Shown here piece after piece: positions 1-8,678 of a DNA stretch of 20,000 nucleotides. The DNA is from an uncultured virus (IMG/VR IMGVR_UViG_3300021499_000001). Taxonomy: Duplodnaviria; Heunggongvirae; Uroviricota; Caudoviricetes. A model generated the notes under the pieces. That model did not search any database, was not told the origin of the DNA, and saw only the letters and a list, made by a program, of their open reading frames with translations. The stretch is from IMG/VR virus record IMGVR_UViG_3300021499_000001. The stretch is one strand, 5' to 3'. Positions within the stretch are counted from its first letter, which is position 1; every line of letters starts with the position of its first letter. Both the position numbers and the translations under genes were made by a program.

Positions 1-2
1 AC

Positions 3-416
3 AGGACATACATTTATATATTTATTTTGCGACATGATGAGTTGCAAAAATTAAATAAAAGTGTTGATAGTGTTAAATATGATGTTTTAGACGGACTAAC
101 ATTAGGGATTGTTGGCATTGATGATGACTTTTCAGATACTACCATAGAAATCAGAGGTAATCCTGATCCATTGTATTTACCATCTAGTTATGAGTGGTTG
201 ACGTTAAAGGTAAAAGAGGATGGTGTATTTTTAGATGCTATTGTTGTTAAAGCATATGATGATTCAGATAATCGTATTGTAATGCATCATGCCAATCTTG
301 CTCCTGATTACGGTACATCTGATGTCTATCCTATTATGACAACATGGTTTGGGTATGCTTTAGTAGGTGTTGAAGATAGTTCACGTATTGATCATTTTGT
401 GGTTGAAAAGATTTAA
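3..416 (+). CDS. Hypothetical protein, 5'-truncated (C-terminal part of an upstream gene)
   Basis: The frame is open from position 3 (AGG ACA TAC ATT TAT ATA TTT ATT TTG...) to TAA at 414-416, so the TTG at 27 is probably not the true start. Codon style matches the neighbouring genes. Confidence 0.8.
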   Translation, partial: RTYIYIFILRHDELQKLNKSVDSVKYDVLDGLTLGIVGIDDDFSDTTIEIRGNPDPLYLPSSYEWLTLKVKEDGVFLDAIVVKAYDDSDNRIVMHHANLAPDYGTSDVYPIMTTWFGYALVGVEDSSRIDHFVVEKI

Positions 417-430
417 ATTTTATGTATAAT
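403..430 (+). promoter_or_regulatory. Putative promoter upstream of the 1038-aa gene
   Basis: TTGAAA (403-408), 16-nt spacer, then TATAAT (425-430): a sigma70-like match spanning the end of the first gene and one of the very few intergenic gaps. GAAAAG-A-TTTAAATT (405-419) could alternatively be an archaeal BRE/TATA. Confidence 0.5.
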
Positions 431-436
431 AATATT

Positions 437-441
437 GGAGG
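437..441 (+). promoter_or_regulatory. Shine-Dalgarno site
   Basis: GGAGG 6 nt upstream of ATG 448. Confidence 0.8.
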
Positions 442-447
442 ATTAAC

Positions 448-3400
448 ATGGGTTTCTCAATAATACCATCGGATCATTATATAAAGCCCGGTCGGATAAC
501 AGCAGCAGATATTAACCGGGCGTTTGATGATATAAATAATAGGCTTGGTGGCTCAAATTATGTTTTACCGCTTCTTGTTGCAGATACCAATATTATTTAT
601 CTTTCGCGCATTAGTGAATGGGGTCCTGATGATGTTGAAGTACATGTGAGAGATGTGACCCCTTATTCTACTGATCCAGCAACAAGGACAGGTACGCTAA
701 AGATATTGCCAAGTATTCCTACCGGTAGTTGTGTAAAGGATACCTCCACATGGGAGATTACTATTGAAGGTACGACGATTGGATCTGGGACGTTTGATGG
801 AGCAACGCATGAGTTTAGTGGTATAGCTTTATATGGTAAGACGATAACAGTACATTTTCATTTTGATTTTGATGATTCGGTTGGATTTTTAGACGTAAGG
901 GAGAAGGTTTTATTTAATTTCCAGCTTGCTGTAGAAGCGTTGACTGATGCTACTGATAAGCCCTGGAGTTATTATACAATTGTTGGACGCGCCGAACCAC
1001 TGCCTTCATTTGCGTCTTCATATCCCCATGTGCTTGTCAGATTTGATTCAAGGGTTGTTGAGACAGATGCTACAGGGACGGCTATGGTTACTGGTACCGT
1101 GTACTTTTCGTGGGGTAGTGATACGACAGGTACACATTGGGAGATCTATAAGGTTATTGATGGTACGGAGACATTAATATCATCAGGAACTGATGCTATA
1201 TCAGAAAAAAATTTTAGTTTTAATGTTACTCTTACGGATGAGCGGGAGAAGGAGGTTATTTTAAAGGTTATTCTTGGTAATAGTACATTTCCTAATGTGA
1301 CTTTTACTGATAAGTGTTGGGTGATAACTGATATATCTAATGCTTTACCTCTGATTGAACAGATACCTTCATGTGTTGTTATGCCCCCACTGTGGGAGTC
1401 ATTCTATACTGTTGGTTCGAGTACTTATGTCTATACATTCTATCTAACTACATCAGCTACCCATTGGGTTGGTGTTGATGATGATAAGCGCGCGCTTAAG
1501 TTAGATATAGAGAACGACAATTATGAGATCAGGAAAACTGATGGTACATGGGCAACAATCGCTGATGCCGTTGAGAAAGTAATAGCTATTGCCCATACGC
1601 GTAATGCTAGTGGTAGCGAAAATATTTATGTATATGATCCTTATACATTAGATAGTTACATCTATGCAGGTGATGGTAACATACCTTCCGGGGAGACCTT
1701 ACTATATGTTGATTTTCTTGTAATGTTATCAAAGCAATATGATTACAGTTACATCAAATCACCCGGCGGTACTTATACCTATAATGACAGTCCTATAGAA
1801 TTTTTATATACAATAGCTGAACATGATACTGGTTTTACAGTTGTAGGTAGCAGGTCACATACGACTCATGTGCATTATTATCCTATTTTGTCATCTTGTA
1901 TTGCATTTTTTGATCCTACTAATATCAGCATGGAAAGTGGTGGTGGTGTTAGCACCCTTAGGGCTATTATTTTGAATGCTCCGTTACAGGAAGCCGATCT
2001 TATAAAATATGGGTTTATTAGCAGTTCTGCATCACCAACGTCGAAAATTGAATATCAGTATGTTATATCATGTCTGGAAGCCCCTGCGGGGATGACAGTT
2101 GAGATATATGATGATAGTGATAGCGACTGGCATCCTATTACATCAAGTAGTTATACCATTGATATAGGCGAACTTGATGGTGTACCGGCTTATTACAGTT
2201 TCCCCGTACGTGTTGTTGGTACTACTACAGCTAATATTTTATTTAATGTGGAATTAGTTGCCAAATATCACGATGCGTCGGGTACTGTTTCAACAGTATT
2301 AATAGAGCGCAGACATATAGCATTGGCTACGTTTTTATCTGGGGGCGCGGCGGCTTATGCAACCTCTCTCTCATTACCCCGCACTAATTTCATGGTTTTT
2401 GTTGGTGGATATGGTATGGGTATACCGACGATTGCGAAACCAGATGTTAGTGATATTTACTTAGATAGCAGCACTCATTTGTATTATCTTGGGCTCATCG
2501 CTCGCGAACCATTGAAAATTGCTTATGGGGACACTATAGAAGATATCATAGGAGGTGAATCAAGACTTGGTGGTGTAACACTAGAGGATATATCAGCATC
2601 CATGCTTGGGTATCGTCTTGATATGGATATTTTATTACCAGCGGGAGTGCTAAAGAGTGAAATCTATGTTGCTTATGATCCATCATCAAAACATATCATA
2701 ATAAGTAGCGAGTTTACAGGTGGTTGTATTCCTATAGGTGTATTAATAATTGAACGTTATGCTGAAACATTGTATCCGTCGTTGAAATTCATCCCCTATG
2801 TACACACGTATGTATATGAGGCAACACGTGGCTTAGAGGTGGGCCGCTTCGGTTTGGTGGACAAGGTTGGGGCAGATAGTCCTGTTATTGTTGCGACAAC
2901 ACATTTTGAAAATGCTGATGATTTGACAAATTTGCTTGCGCTTATGAATATTGGTGATAGTTGTTTGCTTATTGGTGAGAATTATGCGAGTAGCGATTCC
3001 CTGAGATTCCCTTATGTGATGGGTGTAAGGAAGCTTGCGGAGGATAAGGTAAAGCTTACGATGCTTACTGATGTGGGTATGGCAACTGTTTTAATGGAGA
3101 GTGCTAGCAAGTATGTTTATCCAGTATTAGATGTATTTAGAATTTATTATTTGGATGCATCCGGATCTCTACATACAGTCCCACCACCTATGGGGGCGGT
3201 ATATACAGGTTCAGCTATAACTGATACCCTTGTGCCATTAGCTGATTTGGGTGACGATCGAAAAATATTAGAAAATATTGGTGAGAAAGTTGTTATCATA
3301 GTTGAGCCATACATATATGTCGATAAAACTCTTTTACCTGATCCAAATATTAATATTATGAAAATGGAAGTTGTGTGCTCTGGTTCATATTCGATGGGTA

Positions 3401-3564
3401 GTGGAATACTTGTGCGACATTTTATAAGACTTGTTGATGAACATGGTATACATCATATAATGAGTATACCTGTGAAAATCATGTTATTTGGGTCTATGTA
3501 TAATGCTCTTGGTGGTTGGGGTACATCTGGTGGTTCTGGTGGTCCATTTACACCTATAAGCTAA
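448..3564 (+). CDS. Large (1038 aa) beta-rich putative virion structural/fibre protein
   Basis: Long ORF with a strong SD. The N-terminal 'PGRITAADINRAFDDINNRL' resembles the helical anchor at the start of many phage tail fibre/structural proteins. The body is T/S/Y/V-rich and the C-terminal tail is Gly-rich. Function is inferred. Confidence 0.7.
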   Translation: MGFSIIPSDHYIKPGRITAADINRAFDDINNRLGGSNYVLPLLVADTNIIYLSRISEWGPDDVEVHVRDVTPYSTDPATRTGTLKILPSIPTGSCVKDTSTWEITIEGTTIGSGTFDGATHEFSGIALYGKTITVHFHFDFDDSVGFLDVREKVLFNFQLAVEALTDATDKPWSYYTIVGRAEPLPSFASSYPHVLVRFDSRVVETDATGTAMVTGTVYFSWGSDTTGTHWEIYKVIDGTETLISSGTDAISEKNFSFNVTLTDEREKEVILKVILGNSTFPNVTFTDKCWVITDISNALPLIEQIPSCVVMPPLWESFYTVGSSTYVYTFYLTTSATHWVGVDDDKRALKLDIENDNYEIRKTDGTWATIADAVEKVIAIAHTRNASGSENIYVYDPYTLDSYIYAGDGNIPSGETLLYVDFLVMLSKQYDYSYIKSPGGTYTYNDSPIEFLYTIAEHDTGFTVVGSRSHTTHVHYYPILSSCIAFFDPTNISMESGGGVSTLRAIILNAPLQEADLIKYGFISSSASPTSKIEYQYVISCLEAPAGMTVEIYDDSDSDWHPITSSSYTIDIGELDGVPAYYSFPVRVVGTTTANILFNVELVAKYHDASGTVSTVLIERRHIALATFLSGGAAAYATSLSLPRTNFMVFVGGYGMGIPTIAKPDVSDIYLDSSTHLYYLGLIAREPLKIAYGDTIEDIIGGESRLGGVTLEDISASMLGYRLDMDILLPAGVLKSEIYVAYDPSSKHIIISSEFTGGCIPIGVLIIERYAETLYPSLKFIPYVHTYVYEATRGLEVGRFGLVDKVGADSPVIVATTHFENADDLTNLLALMNIGDSCLLIGENYASSDSLRFPYVMGVRKLAEDKVKLTMLTDVGMATVLMESASKYVYPVLDVFRIYYLDASGSLHTVPPPMGAVYTGSAITDTLVPLADLGDDRKILENIGEKVVIIVEPYIYVDKTLLPDPNINIMKMEVVCSGSYSMGSGILVRHFIRLVDEHGIHHIMSIPVKIMLFGSMYNALGGWGTSGGSGGPFTPIS

Positions 3565-4613
3565 TGTATAAGTATGTTAACATAGATGAAGCCGGTAGTA
3601 ATGTTATTCCATTGTTTACGATGCATGGGCATATTATGCCGTGGGTTGTGCATAATGTATTTGCTAGTGAAGAAGGCTATGCTGCAACGGGTTATTACCT
3701 CCATCCATTTGATGTTGGTGGTATTAAATATTACTTTTATCATGAGCTTCCATCGGTGCCATCTACATTGAATGTTTATAGAATTGATGGGGTACCATTG
3801 ATTGAGCACGTTGATTATGATTTAGTTGGTAATAGGGTTTATCTTGATTGGTATTGGAGGTATGAGTCTATTATTATTGAAGCCGACGGCGTGAAGTTGG
3901 CTGCTGATTGGAGACCATATGAATTGTCAACAGAGCCAGTAGCTGATGCTAAGCGACACCATTTTCTTGTTCCTGTTGGAGATATAATTGAATTTGACGG
4001 TTCAGAAGCAGGGCTTCACTATTATTATCCGCGCCTTATCCCTAGGAAGGTTTCAATGCCACCTGTTTATTATGATAGGTTTGATTTAGTCTGGACACCG
4101 CCTTCTGGTACTATGTTATATGTTAAAGCGAAGCGGAAAAGATTTATAATTTATCAGACAGTACCATACGTAACATTAGATTTGGCGCACTATTATACAT
4201 GGGATGGTTCTACATATGTTGAACATGATGTTAGTGATGTGTTATATTTTAAAAATACGGGGGAGATAAAATTTGATGATTATGTACCTTATGATGAAAT
4301 AAGTTTCAAGGTTGTATCTGTTGATGGGATTGTTATGAACTTAAATATAAATCCTTCGAATCTTGAGTTATTGTCGAGGACCGAATTCATGCCATCATTT
4401 TTAGTTGGTTATGCCATGGCATCTGATGCATTTCTTGTATCAGTTAGAGGATTTGACCACCGCATTCATTACTATGATTTTGGAGATATTAAGTCTGAGT
4501 TACACGGTATTACTGATGTTTTTTGGTTATGTGAATATAGATTATTAGATCCTCTGAAACGGTTAATGATGGTAAGACATGATGTCCATCGAAGGAGAGG
4601 AGGATATGTATAG
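3564..4613 (+). CDS. Hypothetical protein (349 aa), putative baseplate/structural
   Basis: Start reassigned from 3516 to ATG 3564, which overlaps the upstream stop (TAATG). Begins MYKYVNIDEAG. Tyr/Val/Asp-rich. Confidence 0.75.
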   Translation: MYKYVNIDEAGSNVIPLFTMHGHIMPWVVHNVFASEEGYAATGYYLHPFDVGGIKYYFYHELPSVPSTLNVYRIDGVPLIEHVDYDLVGNRVYLDWYWRYESIIIEADGVKLAADWRPYELSTEPVADAKRHHFLVPVGDIIEFDGSEAGLHYYYPRLIPRKVSMPPVYYDRFDLVWTPPSGTMLYVKAKRKRFIIYQTVPYVTLDLAHYYTWDGSTYVEHDVSDVLYFKNTGEIKFDDYVPYDEISFKVVSVDGIVMNLNINPSNLELLSRTEFMPSFLVGYAMASDAFLVSVRGFDHRIHYYDFGDIKSELHGITDVFWLCEYRLLDPLKRLMMVRHDVHRRRGGYV

Positions 4614-5025
4614 TATTGGTGAGACAGCCATTATACCGGTTTTATTTTTTGATGAGTCATATAGTCTGATGGATCCTGTTGAATTGGAAGGGGAGTATGT
4701 TACCCTTACGATGTATCGTCTTGATGCAGCACCGTCTGTAGCGAAATTTATTGATAACTTTAAATGGATATACACAGGGGCTGCAGGCTTGTACGATCTA
4801 GAGGTTGTTGTTGAGGAGAATATACTAAGTGGTGGAGATTATTATATTGGGGCAACGAGATATGATGTGGGTATTTATGCATTAAAGGTTAAGCCGCGGC
4901 TTCCTGGCACTTATTATATTGTTGTAGAGGCTCATGCATCTGGTCTTGCTAGTGAATGTACTTTACAAACCTTTACCGTAAGATTCATAGAGAAGAGAGA
5001 TCCATCATTATTATTAATGGAATGA
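4606..5025 (+). CDS. Small Ig-like beta-sandwich hypothetical protein (139 aa)
   Basis: ATG 4606 follows purine-rich GAAGGAGAGGAGG (4591-4603). Contains 'GIYALKVKPRLPGTYYIVVEA', an Ig/filamin-like Y-x-x-x-x-x-P-x-x-x-G-x-Y pattern. Confidence 0.7.
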   Translation: MYSIGETAIIPVLFFDESYSLMDPVELEGEYVTLTMYRLDAAPSVAKFIDNFKWIYTGAAGLYDLEVVVEENILSGGDYYIGATRYDVGIYALKVKPRLPGTYYIVVEAHASGLASECTLQTFTVRFIEKRDPSLLLME

Positions 5026-5426
5026 GTGAGCTATCAACAGCGCGTGGGCTTCATCGTATAGTAATGTCGTTACCTGATGATGCATATACGGCAACTATAA
5101 AACGATTTAAGGATTCGTTATTGTATGAGGAATCAGTTAATCTTGAGAAGCTTGATACAGAAAAGTATCTCCTAGAGTTTGTTGATAAGTCGAGTGGTGA
5201 TGGCTTGATATTTATCCAAGTTGTTAATTCTGTTGGTGATGTAGTAGCTTTTGAGGCCATTGGGGTTAGTGAGGTAAAAACAGATGTATTATGGTTAGTT
5301 GGTTATGCAGATACCTATGGTGTACGTTATCCATTAGCAAAGGATGCATTTGTTATATTAAATCATAGTGATTTGCATTATCTGATAAGGAAGAAATTAA
5401 AAGGTAACAGGTTTGGGAGGTCATAA
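5022..5426 (+). CDS. Hypothetical protein (134 aa)
   Basis: Start reassigned from 4956 to ATG 5022 (ATGA overlap with the upstream stop). Begins MSELSTARG. Its stop overlaps the next ATG (TAATG). Confidence 0.7.
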   Translation: MSELSTARGLHRIVMSLPDDAYTATIKRFKDSLLYEESVNLEKLDTEKYLLEFVDKSSGDGLIFIQVVNSVGDVVAFEAIGVSEVKTDVLWLVGYADTYGVRYPLAKDAFVILNHSDLHYLIRKKLKGNRFGRS

Positions 5427-5923
5427 TGAATGTTGCGGTTGATAGATTCGTTGTCTTGCCTATAACATTTAGAACTAGTGGTGGGTATGCTACATTAGAT
5501 CCATCTACGAACATAGATGTGGATATCACATATCTTCCGAATTTCGATAGTGATGATGGATCGACGGCAGTCAGTACATATAATATTTTTAACCCCCTAA
5601 GTGACCCGAATGTTTGCATTCTATCCTTCCTGTCATCGAAGAGGGGCATCTATATAGTAAAGGTAACATATACAGGGACTGAAATATTATCAGAGCCACC
5701 AACTAAATATTTTGTTGTAACATGTGGTAATGATTATGATCCACCGCTAAAGCATACATATGTATATAATCCTCTAACTGGTAATGTATCTGAGGTTCAT
5801 ACAGATTATTACAAAGATAGTGAGAGTACTGAAACCATTTTCAGGAAGAAGATTGTTGGGTTCGTCTATGAAGAGGATGGTGGTGAAGCACGGCTTAATG
5901 AGGTAACGGATAAGAATGAATGA
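5426..5923 (+). CDS. Hypothetical protein (165 aa), Ig-like N-terminal part
   Basis: TAATG overlap at the start and ATGA overlap at the end. Contains 'CILSFLSSKRGIYIVKVTY'. Confidence 0.75.
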   Translation: MNVAVDRFVVLPITFRTSGGYATLDPSTNIDVDITYLPNFDSDDGSTAVSTYNIFNPLSDPNVCILSFLSSKRGIYIVKVTYTGTEILSEPPTKYFVVTCGNDYDPPLKHTYVYNPLTGNVSEVHTDYYKDSESTETIFRKKIVGFVYEEDGGEARLNEVTDKNE

Positions 5924-6153
5924 TACGTAGGGAAAGAGAAACATATGCTGGGGCTGTCTATGTAACTGGTATACCGCTGCCTCTGACACCAAGAGCGTTT
6001 GATGGATTATACATCGGGGGACTTCTTTTGCCTTACTATGTCCCCAATGAATTCTATGATCGGTTGCAGACAGATACTGTTAACTTTATAAATGCTGTCT
6101 TTGACTTCTGGAGGCCGGCGGGCTTATGTCACTACGTCTATTTGAAAGATTAG
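5920..6153 (+). CDS. Small protein (77 aa) with a baseplate-wedge-like C-terminus
   Basis: ATGA-coupled start and fills the gap between neighbours. C-terminal 'FINAVFDFWRPAGLCHYVY' resembles the helix-PA(G/H)-strand ending of P2 gpI/Mu gp48-type baseplate proteins (pattern recognition only). Confidence 0.55.
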   Translation: MIRRERETYAGAVYVTGIPLPLTPRAFDGLYIGGLLLPYYVPNEFYDRLQTDTVNFINAVFDFWRPAGLCHYVYLKD

Positions 6154-7337
6154 GTCTAGGAACAACTGATATAGATCGGACGATCGATATCCTATTAGAG
6201 TTGCGTGATGCGCTTCAGCAGCTATCTAGGTGCGAGAAGCGCAAGCTATTAGAATCATATACTGATTTTGGTGGTTATCCATCTGATTTCAAGGAGCTTG
6301 TTGCCTTATTAACAAAGATCGAGGCATATGTTGAACTGATTGAACAGCGTTATCCTGCATTTAAGCAGTTCATCGATGATGTTCTTCGGTCACTTTATGA
6401 TGTAAGACATCTTACATCTAGTGCTGTTTTTTCCTATATGGATGGTATTAATATCGATTATTATCCAGCACCTCATCTGTCATCTGTAACCGAAGAGGTT
6501 GATGTTAATGATATAGATGTTAGTGTTGTACCTTATACAGAGGATATCGAGGTTGGTGAGCATTTTATTGCATGTAGTCTTGAGCGTCAGGATAACATAC
6601 AAAAGATTATATTATCTTTTAAATCTCCTATAAAGGCAACACGGATATGGATGCCAATTTTTGGTGCTAAGGTTGGGAGACTGCTTATTAATACAGTAAG
6701 CGCGGGCTTCGATTACTGGTATGGATACATTGTGCCAATCCATAGGGTTATTAATGCTGATGATAAGGTAACTATTGTTGTGGAGATGATGATGAAGCCG
6801 CGCTTCGAGGCTGTTAAGAAGCCGGCCGATGTGTGGAAATTATATAAAAAGCCTACTTGGATTGGAGATGCGGTTATTTTGAAGCCGCGCTTGGTATTAG
6901 ATATATCATCAGGCGCGGGGCTTCTTGAAACAACAACATTACCAATGGTATTCGGCGATAATGGTAGTGTTGTACCGTTTGTCAAGGTAAATGGAATTTA
7001 TTTCCCTGCAATTAGTCGTGAATATAGTGGATTACCATTTCCATTTCACTATGATGGGCGGTATTATTATTTCCCTATTTATACATCTGGTGATTTCACA
7101 TCTAGTACGCCTCTTATGGGATATCGTACTGAGTACCGGTTATTTAAATCGTCATCACTTCCGGAGTTATCATATGAGGTTGATTTTTCAGGATTTACAC
7201 ACTGGGTGTTTTGGAATCCTTGGAAAAATAAAATTGAAGCATATCCTTCGGAGGGATTGTTTGCTATACCTCATCTTGAGAGTGAGTTGATTATGATGCC
7301 GCCTCCTCCGACGGAATTGCCAGAGGCGCATGAATAG
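6126..7337 (+). CDS. Hypothetical structural protein (403 aa), helical N-terminus plus beta-rich C-terminus
   Basis: Long ORF in the operon. The first ~95 aa are L/E/R-rich amphipathic helix, the remainder is beta-like, and the tail is Pro-rich (MMPPPPTE). Confidence 0.8.
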   Translation: MSLRLFERLGLGTTDIDRTIDILLELRDALQQLSRCEKRKLLESYTDFGGYPSDFKELVALLTKIEAYVELIEQRYPAFKQFIDDVLRSLYDVRHLTSSAVFSYMDGINIDYYPAPHLSSVTEEVDVNDIDVSVVPYTEDIEVGEHFIACSLERQDNIQKIILSFKSPIKATRIWMPIFGAKVGRLLINTVSAGFDYWYGYIVPIHRVINADDKVTIVVEMMMKPRFEAVKKPADVWKLYKKPTWIGDAVILKPRLVLDISSGAGLLETTTLPMVFGDNGSVVPFVKVNGIYFPAISREYSGLPFPFHYDGRYYYFPIYTSGDFTSSTPLMGYRTEYRLFKSSSLPELSYEVDFSGFTHWVFWNPWKNKIEAYPSEGLFAIPHLESELIMMPPPPTELPEAHE

Positions 7338-7345
7338 AGGCCAAA

Positions 7346-7747
7346 ATGGCAAGAGATATTGAATATAGGACATATGAGCCATATGAGATACCGCGTGATG
7401 TCAGTCCTATATGGGTTGCGCCCCATATTGGCGACTTCGATGCTTATAGTATTTATAACTATTATCTATCTTATGTTGTTGAGAAGGTTTTGAGGTTACC
7501 ATATGTTGATATTAAGGATGAGGTAGTACAACAGGGGCCGGGCTTATTCATCCCCGGTAAATATATCTTCCGTATCAAGCGTTTTGTTGCTGATGATGCG
7601 GTGCCAATTTACAGATTAAGAAAGGGCATCATTTATGTTTATGAGGAGATTAATAATATTCAAGTTTTAGAGGCTATTGTTTTGGATGAGCTTAAGTATG
7701 CGGCGGGCTTAATCAATGATGGAACATTTGGGCCTTATCTCAGATGA
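7346..7747 (+). CDS. Hypothetical protein (133 aa)
   Basis: ATG preceded by AGAGG, 8 nt after the upstream stop. ATGA overlap with the next gene. Confidence 0.75.
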   Translation: MARDIEYRTYEPYEIPRDVSPIWVAPHIGDFDAYSIYNYYLSYVVEKVLRLPYVDIKDEVVQQGPGLFIPGKYIFRIKRFVADDAVPIYRLRKGIIYVYEEINNIQVLEAIVLDELKYAAGLINDGTFGPYLR

Positions 7748-8469
7748 AGGTTTATAGGAAAATAGATGCGTTTCCCATAGGTGATGTTTTAACAGAGCTG
7801 TCTTCGATGATGTACAATGTAGATCAGACCGTTGGTCGTTTATCTCATGTTGTGGATAGGATCGATGGTGTTTCTGATTTATTTGATGAATATATAAAAT
7901 TATTGCAGACAGTAGCAATTTATACAGAAGATCTTATAGGATTTGGAACATTTGAGAATATCCCCTTGGATGCTGTTGAAACGAATGGTACTGTGATAAA
8001 TGGCAAACTCTATTCCTATGTTCCTGTTGATAGTAAGTGGATTGTTAAGACGACTGTTGAAGGTCATTTATATATGGATGGTAGTGAGGTACCGATACCA
8101 AGTGAGTGTGTTGCTGAGGGGCATATAGTATTTTATGAAGGTGGTACTACGGAGGTGTTAAATCCGACAAATGTTGGGATGCTCTTTGATCGTGATATAA
8201 GTAAGGCATATCACTTGGAGGTTGCTGTTCCGGTAAATTATGAAGGAAGGATGGCACGTATTGCTGATGCATTATTTAAGATTAATTTGCAGCCAAGAGA
8301 TGGCATGGTTTTTGTTGGTGAGCTAAGGATTTATGTTAAAAGTGGTAGGATTAATGATATTTTAATTAATGGAGTATCAAGGATGGTTGATTTGAAGTTT
8401 AAGGAACCATATATGGTATTAGAGGTTTTTGATGAGGTGGGAGACATATGGATTTACCTGAAATCATAG
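7744..8469 (+). CDS. Hypothetical protein (241 aa), coiled-coil N-terminus plus beta domain
   Basis: ATGA-coupled. Heptad-like 'LTELSSMMYNVDQTVGRLSHVVDRIDGVSDL'. Confidence 0.8.
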   Translation: MKVYRKIDAFPIGDVLTELSSMMYNVDQTVGRLSHVVDRIDGVSDLFDEYIKLLQTVAIYTEDLIGFGTFENIPLDAVETNGTVINGKLYSYVPVDSKWIVKTTVEGHLYMDGSEVPIPSECVAEGHIVFYEGGTTEVLNPTNVGMLFDRDISKAYHLEVAVPVNYEGRMARIADALFKINLQPRDGMVFVGELRIYVKSGRINDILINGVSRMVDLKFKEPYMVLEVFDEVGDIWIYLKS

Positions 8470-8678
8470 GATCAAGATTATCGAACATTTCTGGTATGTG
8501 GATAAAGTTAGACCGGGAAGTTTTTGGCAGGAATATTGATGTATTTTTTGCGGAGTGGGTATCAAGAGATTATGATCGTCGTTTGGCTTTTGCTTTATGC
8601 AGTCATACGGAAGATAGTGCTGAAGGATTTAGGTATCAAGCACCAGATCTTTCACCTACCCCGAGAGGGGGTCTGTGA
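8448..8678 (+). CDS. Small hypothetical protein (76 aa)
   Basis: GAGGTG upstream of ATG 8448. Fills the gap between neighbours, and its TGA overlaps the next ATG (TGATG). Confidence 0.6.
   Translation: MDLPEIIGSRLSNISGMWIKLDREVFGRNIDVFFAEWVSRDYDRRLAFALCSHTEDSAEGFRYQAPDLSPTPRGGL

Noticed and set aside
3516..3563. Trp-rich N-terminal extension MGYIWWFWWSIYTYKL of the ORF-track gene 3516
   Set aside because: It is an out-of-frame reading of the Gly-rich tail of the upstream gene. The TAATG-coupled ATG at 3564 is the more plausible start.
5750..5923. RHS/YD-repeat toxin (TYVYNPLTGNV)
   Set aside because: Only one or two YD-like hairpins in a 165-aa protein, with no RHS core or toxin domain.
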